The notes beneath the pieces were generated by a model that saw only the letters and a list, made by a program, of their open reading frames with translations, searched no databases and was not told where the DNA came from. Shown piece after piece: positions 25,267-32,348 of a DNA stretch of 32,348 nt. The DNA comes from Candidatus Gastranaerophilales bacterium (GTDB lineage: Bacteria; Cyanobacteriota; Vampirovibrionia; Gastranaerophilales; Gastranaerophilaceae). A program made the position numbers and the translations under genes. Within the stretch, counting starts at the first letter, position 1; each line of letters begins with the position of its first letter. Where the stretch lies: contig CALVEE010000069.1 in assembly GCA_944326495.1 (NCBI GenBank), forward strand, positions 1 through 32,348, written 5' to 3'.

Positions 25267-26507
25267 TGAAAAATTTTATATCGCATACTGATGATATTAG
25301 AAAAAAAATGCTTGAAGAGATTTCCTGCTCTTCAATAGAAGATTTATTTAAACAGGTTCCGGTTAAGCTTAAGGATTTTAATATAGCCAATCCTTTAAGC
25401 GAACTCGAGACACAGCGGGAAATAAAAGCAATTGCAAGAAAAAATAAGACTGAATATTCAACTTTTATGGGAGGCGGAGTTTATGATAAATTCATTCCGG
25501 CAGCGGTAAACTATGTAGCTCAAAGGTTTGAATTCCTTACTGCTTACACTCCGTATCAGCCTGAAATATCTCAAGGAACATTGCAGGTTATATATGAATA
25601 TCAGACAATGATTGCAAGGCTTACGGGCATGGATATAGCTAATGCTTCAATGTATGATGCAGCATCGGCTTGCGCAGAGGCTGTTTTAATGGCGCATAGA
25701 ATTTGTAAAGGCAAAAAGAATAAGGCTCTTGTTTCAAACCGACTTAATCCTGAATATAAAGAAGTCATAAAAACATACTGCTGGGCACAGGATATAGAGA
25801 TTGAATGGTTTGAAAATGAGCTTCCTGATGATACAGCTGACTATTTTTGCGTTTTAATACAGTATCCGGATTATTATGGAGAAATTCCGGTATTAAGCAA
25901 ACCCGATACCACTTATATAGTTTGTGCCAATTTATCAGCACTTTCGATTTTAAAACCGCCTGTAGAAGCTGATATCGTTGTCGGAGATATCCAGCCTTTA
26001 GGGATTGCAATGAATTTTGGAGGCCCGCATGCGGGTTATATGGCGTGTAAAGAAGCTTATATGCGCCAGATGCCGGGAAGATTAGTCGGGCGCACTCTGG
26101 ATGCGGACAGCAGACAAGCATTTACTCTTACTATTCAAACCCGAGAACAGCATATTAAAAGAGAAAAAGCTACGAGTAATATCTGTTCAAACCAATCACT
26201 TATTGCTCTGGCTGCAACTCTCTATTTAAGCCTGCTTGGCGAAAAAGGTTTTAGAGAAACAGGCGCAATTTCCGCCAATCTTGCCCATGCTCTTTCAAGA
26301 ATGCTAAAAGGAAAAGGGGTAAAGACACTTAATGAAAACTTCTTCGATGAGTTTGTAGTTGAAATAGACGATTCTGATAAATATTTAGCAAACCTAAAAG
26401 AACAAGGAATTTTAGGCGGTATAAAGATTGATAAGCGCCATGTTCTTGTCTGTACTACAGAGATGAATACGGAAGAAGAGATTATAAACTACGTTGAAGC
26501 AGTTTAG
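25266..26507 (+). CDS. gcvPA: Glycine dehydrogenase subunit 1 (split P protein)
   Basis: EFLTAYTPYQPEISQGTLQ, ANASMYD, FGGPH, QTREQHIKREKATSNICSNQ. Confidence 0.96.
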   Translation: MKNFISHTDDIRKKMLEEISCSSIEDLFKQVPVKLKDFNIANPLSELETQREIKAIARKNKTEYSTFMGGGVYDKFIPAAVNYVAQRFEFLTAYTPYQPEISQGTLQVIYEYQTMIARLTGMDIANASMYDAASACAEAVLMAHRICKGKKNKALVSNRLNPEYKEVIKTYCWAQDIEIEWFENELPDDTADYFCVLIQYPDYYGEIPVLSKPDTTYIVCANLSALSILKPPVEADIVVGDIQPLGIAMNFGGPHAGYMACKEAYMRQMPGRLVGRTLDADSRQAFTLTIQTREQHIKREKATSNICSNQSLIALAATLYLSLLGEKGFRETGAISANLAHALSRMLKGKGVKTLNENFFDEFVVEIDDSDKYLANLKEQGILGGIKIDKRHVLVCTTEMNTEEEIINYVEAV

Positions 26508-26555
26508 ACTTTTGTAAATTATATTGAAGCCCGCTTATTAAAAAGACTGCTTTTT

Positions 26556-26564
26556 TGTTATAAT
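26556..26564 (+). promoter_or_regulatory. Extended -10 promoter for the nucleoside transporter
   Basis: TGtTATAAT, then RBS AGGAG. Confidence 0.55.
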
Positions 26565-26598
26565 TAAAATATTCAAAAAGAAAAGAGCAGGAGCCAAT

Positions 26599-27867
26599 AT
26601 GGAAAGATTTGTCGGTATAATAGGTATTGCAGTTATATTTTTAATTGTTTTTCTGATGTCAAATAACAGAAAAGCTATTAATTACAAAACAATTATTACG
26701 GGTTTTATACTGCAAATTCTGTTTGCTGTATTTATTTTTAAAGTTCCGCTCGGGCAAAAGCTATTTTTAATGATAGGACTATTTATCCAAAAAATACTTG
26801 AATTTGCAACCGAAGGCGGATTATTTGTATTTGGCCCCTTATTGCAAAAAGCAAAATTAAGCGAACTGTTTGGTGCCGGAAGCAGTATTTTCGCGGTTCA
26901 GCTTATATGTACAAACATATTTATGATGGTTTTGGTTAATATTCTATATTACTACGGAATTATGCAGAGAGTCGTTGCAGCTTTAGGTAAAGCAATGAAT
27001 AAAATCATGCATGTATCAGGAGCAGAAGCACTCTCAAATGTTGCAAGCTCTTTTGTTGGTCAAATATTAGCCCAAATAATGATTAAACCGTATTTAGAGA
27101 AGCTTACCCGCTCCGAGCTTCTTGCTTCAATGTCAGGAAGCATGGCCTGCATTTCCGGTGCAATTATGCCTATTTATATAGGTATGGGCATTCCAGCACA
27201 TTATATATTAGCATCTTCAATTATGGCCGCACCGGGAGCTATGATTTTATCAAAAATTATTTACCCTGAAACAGGAGAACCTGAAACCAGAGACCATATT
27301 AGAATTTCAAAAAGAAGAACTTTTACAAATGTGTTTGAAGCAATTTCAAACGGCGCTTCTGAAGGTATGAAAGTTGCAATAAATGTAACAGCAATGATTT
27401 TGGCTCTCGTTGCCCTTGTCGCATTTATTGACTGGGTATTAAGGCTTAGCGGATTATTTCTTTACAAATTCTGCCCTGGTTGTTCTCATTTCGCATTCTT
27501 AAGCCATCTTTCCTTGAAATTAATTCTCGGTAAGATATTTGCTATATTTGCTCTAATCATAGGCGTACCGCTTCAAGACGCTTCAACAGTAGGCGCGCTT
27601 ATGGGAACAAAACTCGTGCTTAATGAAATGGTTGCCTATGTAGATTTAACCCACGTTGCTCATTCAATTTCGCCCAAAAGTTTTATGCTTGCAAGCTTTG
27701 CTCTCTGCAGCTTCGGAAACTTTGGCTCAATTGCTATACAAATCGGCGGTATAGGAGAGCTCGCACCTAACCAGAAGAAAAATCTGGCCAGATTAGGGCT
27801 AAGGGCGCTTATCTGCGGAACATTAAGCTGCTATCTATCTGCTGCTATTGTTGGAGTATTGCTCTAA
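26599..27867 (+). CDS. nupC: Concentrative nucleoside transporter, CNT/NupC family
   Basis: SNNRKAIN, SGAE, LTRSEL, ASSIMAAPG, KLVLNEMVAY, FALCSFGNFGSIAIQIGG. Confidence 0.93.
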   Translation: MERFVGIIGIAVIFLIVFLMSNNRKAINYKTIITGFILQILFAVFIFKVPLGQKLFLMIGLFIQKILEFATEGGLFVFGPLLQKAKLSELFGAGSSIFAVQLICTNIFMMVLVNILYYYGIMQRVVAALGKAMNKIMHVSGAEALSNVASSFVGQILAQIMIKPYLEKLTRSELLASMSGSMACISGAIMPIYIGMGIPAHYILASSIMAAPGAMILSKIIYPETGEPETRDHIRISKRRTFTNVFEAISNGASEGMKVAINVTAMILALVALVAFIDWVLRLSGLFLYKFCPGCSHFAFLSHLSLKLILGKIFAIFALIIGVPLQDASTVGALMGTKLVLNEMVAYVDLTHVAHSISPKSFMLASFALCSFGNFGSIAIQIGGIGELAPNQKKNLARLGLRALICGTLSCYLSAAIVGVLL

Positions 27868-28140
27868 CATAATTTCTTGCTCCAGTGACAAGTTTAAATT
27901 CTTCATATTAGTAATTCTTTCAGATAGCATATCCAGCATATTTATATAATGGTTTCTCTCTGCGCTGAGTTTTGCAACCATCTCTGCAGGGATTCCGTAA
28001 TACTGCCCGTTAAATTCTCTCTCTCTGCAAGACTGTCTTGTCATTTCGACTATTGTATCCGCAAAATAAAGTTCATTAAATGTTTTTTCGTGAATATCCA
28101 GCAATTTATTGTTGTGATATCTGGTCATAACATCCTCCAT
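27835..28140 (-). CDS. Hypothetical helical protein
   Basis: About 100-codon ORF, ATG 28140. Its 3' end overlaps the nupC 3' end by 33 nt. Confidence 0.7.
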   Translation of the reverse strand: MEDVMTRYHNNKLLDIHEKTFNELYFADTIVEMTRQSCREREFNGQYYGIPAEMVAKLSAERNHYINMLDMLSERITNMKNLNLSLEQEIMLEQYSNNSSR

Positions 28141-28231
28141 ACTATTAAACTGTCTCTTTCTTAATTCCAACCTATATTAATAGTATAAAACGACCATAAA
28201 AAATGTTATTAATATATTTTCCAATTATAAA

Positions 28232-29323
28232 TTATTTACATGTAATAAATGCATTAAGGTATTGTATAAGTTCGTTAAATTCCATATTTTGACCTGATTT
28301 TTGCCTGTTTTCAAGATACTCGTTTATTGTTTGCAATATTTCTAAAAAGATTGATTCAGAAATATTATTTTCACAGTAATCTTCATATACATCCAGAATA
28401 TAGGCATATGTATCTTCTCCGGAGTGTTTTTTTATTTGAATAAAAGCTTTTTTAAGTTCATCGTTGTTAAAGTTTACATTCAATATATTATAATACAGCC
28501 CGGCAGAACGCTTTAACTTACGCATTAATGTGTCTTCAGACATATATTGCATCATTGTTTCAAAATAATTCACAAAGCTCTCATAAAGCCTGTCTGGATT
28601 AAACTGTTTGTAATGAAATTTTGTTATAAAAAAATCTTTTAAAAATGTAGTGACATCACGGTCTTTTGGAAAATATAACTTTCTTATATCAAGCCAGTCA
28701 TTTTCAACACCATTCTCTTTCAAAAAATCTTCTATGAGTGCAATCTGGTTCAAATCTCTGGTATTATTTAATTTATAATACAGGTTACGTTTAGAAACAT
28801 TATCCGTTTCGACTAAGGTAACTGTAACCTTTTTTAGCATTGTAAAAATTTTTGCCGCTTGTAATCTCTCTTCTTTAATCTGCGACCAGAAATTATGCAG
28901 AAGTACAAACATCGGCTGTGCTTTTTCATGTCCAGATAATCTTTCGCCGTTTATGATTTTATTATAAAGCTCATTATCCGACTCGTTTAAATGAAGCTTA
29001 GATTTTGAATTATGTATCAAATATTTGCTTCTTATAGTTTTAATAGCTTTAGCATTTTGTTCTGTTGTTTTCTTATAGCACTCACACACTGCATGTAAAA
29101 GCAAAGACAAGGAAACAATTCTATTAAGCCCGTCTACAATCGTATATTGGTCTATGCTCTTTTGGTTTACATAAATAAGGCCTAAATCAATTTTTTGTGT
29201 AAACTGTTCATCTTCTGTCATCAAATCAAGAAAATTGACAAGCTTACCGTTACACCTTGCATAATCCAAGGTGAACAAATCCCGCGCACTATTAATAAAT
29301 TCCAGTAAGTTAACAACCTTCAT
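28232..29323 (-). CDS. Degenerate DUF262 (GmrS/ParB-Srx-like) domain protein
   Basis: DLGLIYV...YTIVDGLNRIVSLSLL parallels the DUF262 G..../IIDGQQR.TT block. YYKLN parallels F...N. Confidence 0.7.
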   Translation of the reverse strand: MKVVNLLEFINSARDLFTLDYARCNGKLVNFLDLMTEDEQFTQKIDLGLIYVNQKSIDQYTIVDGLNRIVSLSLLLHAVCECYKKTTEQNAKAIKTIRSKYLIHNSKSKLHLNESDNELYNKIINGERLSGHEKAQPMFVLLHNFWSQIKEERLQAAKIFTMLKKVTVTLVETDNVSKRNLYYKLNNTRDLNQIALIEDFLKENGVENDWLDIRKLYFPKDRDVTTFLKDFFITKFHYKQFNPDRLYESFVNYFETMMQYMSEDTLMRKLKRSAGLYYNILNVNFNNDELKKAFIQIKKHSGEDTYAYILDVYEDYCENNISESIFLEILQTINEYLENRQKSGQNMEFNELIQYLNAFITCK

Positions 29324-29325
29324 GC

Positions 29326-29955
29326 TTAATCAGTAAGAACAAAACCGCCGGACGGAACATTTTTCAGCTTATCGCCCTCAATTTTTGCTCTCAAATTTTT
29401 GATGTATTTATAAACATAATCTCTTGGTAAATCCAGCAGCTTTGCCAAATCTTTTGCAAAAACAGTCTTGCCTTTATTATTCAAAAGATATTCAAAAACC
29501 ATTTGCTCTCTATCAGTAAGAGATTTTTTTAATATTATCTGTGACTCCTTTTTAGAAGAAGACAGTTTTTCTACTTTTTCCAGCACTGTTTCAATCTTAT
29601 TCTCTGCAGATTTTACGTTTCTCTTAAGAGTTTTTTCTATTTTACTGTTTTGATTAAGACTCTCATTAGAGACAGACTTGCTTGCTGATAAGTTTCTTTT
29701 GTTTATAGAAAATGGTGTATGAGATATCTGCCTTTCTCTTTTAAACGCACGTTCAGCAATTTTTGAAAAGCCATCTTTCATATTAGAACTTGTATTAGAA
29801 GAAGTTCCCTTAGACATTACAATATCAACAACATCATTTGTAGGCTTACTCTCTTCAACTTCTTTCCCAAGCCGTGCAGCAAATTCTTCAAGTGTAATTT
29901 TCTCCAAAGAGCTTCTCCATTGTCTTATCTCTTCCTTCGTTAAATAATTAGGCAT
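29326..29955 (-). CDS. Putative regulator with C-terminal winged helix-turn-helix
   Basis: LTDREQMVFEYLLNNKGKTV..KDLAKLL...YVYKYIKNLRAKI....GGF. RBS AGGAG. Ends 2 nt before the DUF262 gene. Confidence 0.8.
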   Translation of the reverse strand: MPNYLTKEEIRQWRSSLEKITLEEFAARLGKEVEESKPTNDVVDIVMSKGTSSNTSSNMKDGFSKIAERAFKRERQISHTPFSINKRNLSASKSVSNESLNQNSKIEKTLKRNVKSAENKIETVLEKVEKLSSSKKESQIILKKSLTDREQMVFEYLLNNKGKTVFAKDLAKLLDLPRDYVYKYIKNLRAKIEGDKLKNVPSGGFVLTD

Positions 29956-30083
29956 CAAATATCTCCTATACTCACCTGTGATAGTCTAACTTAATTCCCC
30001 ATAACGGATTTTCTTTTTATAATGTACCATAAAATCTTAAAAAAAAATCAAAATATTGCGCGATGTAAAGATTTTTTTTAAGA

Positions 30084-30713
30084 TTAATAATCCTGAACAA
30101 TTCTTCCCGGCAGATTATTTTGCTGAACCGTATAAAGCAGTGACTCTGCACTGTTTTTATTCTTAAATATACCGACTTGTAATGTGTAATTATTTGACCC
30201 GATACATTTTACTATTGGAGTCAACCCTGTTCCTGATTCCTGGATTATATCTTTTGCAACCTTTGCCTGCTCTGCAGAGGTATAAGTTCCGACAAAAACC
30301 TTATATACAGGCTCTACATTAGGATCAGGCTGGTTTAAAGCTTCTGCAACAGTAGTATTTGTATCCTCCGCTCTTGAAGCCTCTTCTATTTTTACAGTTT
30401 CAACTGTTTTTTGTTTCACAGTATCATCCGGATGAGCCATCAAATCTGAAAAACTCCTGCCTTGATCTTCATTTTGTATCATCTCTAATCTGTTATCTAC
30501 AATCTTTTTTGTCTCCTCTTGCTGGTCAAATGCCGTTTCTTCCTGCTGATAATCACCTATTGATGTATCAACAGTAGGAGAGAATGATTTAATCAAGAAT
30601 GTAAATACCAAAAGCATACCGAAAAAAGAGATAATAAAAATCTTAAGAAGTCCGTTTTCTTCCTTTTGTGCCTCTTTTTTCATATACTTTTTGTAACCGA
30701 ATTGTTTTCCCAT
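30084..30713 (-). CDS. Membrane-anchored SPOR domain protein
   Basis: Single N-terminal TM, acidic linker, YKVFVGTY...A and YTLQVGIFKNK..A SPOR repeats. Confidence 0.85.
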   Translation of the reverse strand: MGKQFGYKKYMKKEAQKEENGLLKIFIISFFGMLLVFTFLIKSFSPTVDTSIGDYQQEETAFDQQEETKKIVDNRLEMIQNEDQGRSFSDLMAHPDDTVKQKTVETVKIEEASRAEDTNTTVAEALNQPDPNVEPVYKVFVGTYTSAEQAKVAKDIIQESGTGLTPIVKCIGSNNYTLQVGIFKNKNSAESLLYTVQQNNLPGRIVQDY

Positions 30714-30718
30714 TAATT

Positions 30719-31276
30719 TTATACTCCGCGTACTTTTGTGCTCGCTAATTTTATATCTTCTAATTCTTCTGAATACCGTTTCATTACTTCAAGAGCAAAT
30801 TCTTTTGTATCTTCTATTCCGAGTTCGCTGGTAAGTCCTGATGCTTTAACAGGAGCCCCTTCTGATAATATATTTAAACCTGTATGAATAAGAACAGATG
30901 TAATAGATTTTGTTGCAATAGAAACAGAGAGTTTCCTGCCGTCTATCATTAAATCGTCGCCGTTTCTAACAACAAAAATACCTTTTTCTTCCAGAAGTTC
31001 TTTTATAATACACATCAAGAGCCTCTGCCTTAAAACACCTTCTTCAAGCCCGATTCCGAATTGCTCTGTTATAAAACTAAGCATATATTTGCTGTAAATA
31101 GGCTCATTATTTATAACATCTTCTATATCAACCATTTCAGTTAAATCGACTTTACATTCACCTCGAAATGCAACTATAGCATCACCCTGGATATTAAAAT
31201 TCTTATAAATCCAGTGAGGCGCAAGTTGAGAGCCTATATATTTTATCTCTTCTTCAATAAACTTAGTTTTCATCAT
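30719..31276 (-). CDS. DUF366 family protein (BPL/LplA-like fold)
   Basis: Y.GSQL..HW.Y, IVAFRG.C.V, MVDIED, LRQRLL, GDDL...RKLSVSIA, HTGLN match DUF366 as recalled. Overlaps the queC stop. Confidence 0.82.
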   Translation of the reverse strand: MMKTKFIEEEIKYIGSQLAPHWIYKNFNIQGDAIVAFRGECKVDLTEMVDIEDVINNEPIYSKYMLSFITEQFGIGLEEGVLRQRLLMCIIKELLEEKGIFVVRNGDDLMIDGRKLSVSIATKSITSVLIHTGLNILSEGAPVKASGLTSELGIEDTKEFALEVMKRYSEELEDIKLASTKVRGV

Positions 31277-31947
31277 TTTTCAAATAATATATTGATATAT
31301 TTTTCCCCTTGATTTGCGATTAAAGCTTTTTTTAAATGGTTACACGATTCGCATACTCCGCAATGCATATTTCCTTCCCTGTAGCAGCTCCATACAAGCT
31401 CTAACGGAATATTATTATCCATTGCAATTTTTACTATATCATTCTTAGAATAATTAATCAAGGGCGCTATAACTTTTGGATGATACAGCGTAGATTTTTG
31501 AAAAACCTTACTGATTTCTTCCCTAAATTCCTCGGTATTATCAGGAAAAGTTTTACCCTCATCTTTATTTGCGCCAAATATTATATAATCAAATCCGAAA
31601 GAGTCTGCAAAAGCCGCAGCTATATTCAAAAATAGTCCGTTCCTGTTAGGAACCCATACTGATTTTGCACTATTTTCTGTTCCAAAACCTTCAGAGGGGA
31701 TTTCATTTCCGGAAACCAAAGCTGTTTTAGTAATCTCTTTTAACCAATCGAGTTTTATAACTTTATTTTCAATATTATAAAATTCGCAAATCTTTTTAGA
31801 AGCTTCTATTTCCTGTTTTACTGCCTTTTGCCCGTAATCAAATGTCAGCGCAAGCTCAATACCATACTTTTCTTTCACAAACCCAAGCGCTGCAAGAGAG
31901 TCGAGCCCTCCGGACATAAGAATAACAGACTTACTCACCGGCTTCAT
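31273..31947 (-). CDS. queC: 7-cyano-7-deazaguanine synthase
   Basis: SGGLDS, FDYGQK, VPNRN, FPD, WSCY, HCGVCESC. Start uncertain (31947 or GTG 31938). Confidence 0.95.
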   Translation of the reverse strand: MKPVSKSVILMSGGLDSLAALGFVKEKYGIELALTFDYGQKAVKQEIEASKKICEFYNIENKVIKLDWLKEITKTALVSGNEIPSEGFGTENSAKSVWVPNRNGLFLNIAAAFADSFGFDYIIFGANKDEGKTFPDNTEEFREEISKVFQKSTLYHPKVIAPLINYSKNDIVKIAMDNNIPLELVWSCYREGNMHCGVCESCNHLKKALIANQGEKYINILFEK

Positions 31948-32347
31948 CCTCATACTCTTCAATTATTGATTTTGCTTCTGCTTTCATGAATTCTGAATAA
32001 CCAGGCAAAGAAATAACCTCATCAAGTATATCTCGCCCTTTCAAATTATACATAGCTATAAGCGCATTTCTCTGAACTTCACTATCCTCATCTTTAAGAG
32101 CTGTTCTTATTAAATCAGAAGCTTCTTCATACTCACTGCTCATAAGAGCTTCTATCGTATTAATCCTGACCATCGGGGATGAATCCATCAAAGCTTCTTT
32201 AAGCACCTTTAAAACCCTTCTATTATTTATATTAAGCTTCCCGAGCGCCTCTATAATTCTCTCCTTAAGAAAAGAAAACTTATCCCATAATCCCTGTTTA
32301 GCTTCCATAATAGAAACAAGCGGATCAATAGCGCTCTCATCACCCAG
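31931..32347 (-). CDS. HEAT-repeat protein, 5'-truncated by window edge
   Basis: Frame open to the edge (LGDESAIDPLV...). LMDSSPMVR..TIEAL, LKDEDSEVQRNAL. Confidence 0.85.
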   Translation of the reverse strand: MGDESAIDPLVSIMEAKQGLWDKFSFLKERIIEALGKLNINNRRVLKVLKEALMDSSPMVRINTIEALMSSEYEEASDLIRTALKDEDSEVQRNALIAMYNLKGRDILDEVISLPGYSEFMKAEAKSIIEEYEDEAGE

Positions 32348-32348
32348 A

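Noticed and set aside
1-32348. tRNA, rRNA, prophage or transposase genes
   Set aside because: None recognised by eye; a covariance-model search was not possible.

Overview
Low-GC bacterial chromosome segment. Gene content and style best fit Vampirovibrionia/Melainabacteria (Gastranaerophilales-like); this is inference. In order: 3' end of argS; a minus-strand dprA-topA-DUF4186-ybaK unit; a TPR protein; an 11-subunit complex I-like operon (nuoABCDHIJKLMN, no nuoEFG); a large basic hypothetical; a C_GCAxxG_C_C protein with a formyltransferase paralogue; endonuclease IV; an orphan mosaic flagellin; gcvT-gcvH-gcvPA; a NupC transporter; a winged-helix protein with a degenerate DUF262 protein; a SPOR protein; DUF366; queC; and a partial HEAT-repeat gene. 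The intergenic DNA is rich in small structured repeats: BoxC-like elements with interchangeable hairpin inserts, a MITE-like element, a GTAG-type REP, 8-mer tandem arrays and a 106-bp unit in three copies. The most striking observation is a candidate phase-variation switch upstream of the flagellin. A leader ORF (ATG 23604) contains a G11 tract. Losing one G (or gaining two) converts a 34-aa peptide into a 155-aa leader that reads through a hairpin-rich 5' region and stops inside the first codons of flagellin (ATGCTAA), next to a Shine-Dalgarno that can be sequestered in a hairpin. This suggests ON/OFF control by slippage-dependent translational coupling. All structures and alignments were worked out by eye.
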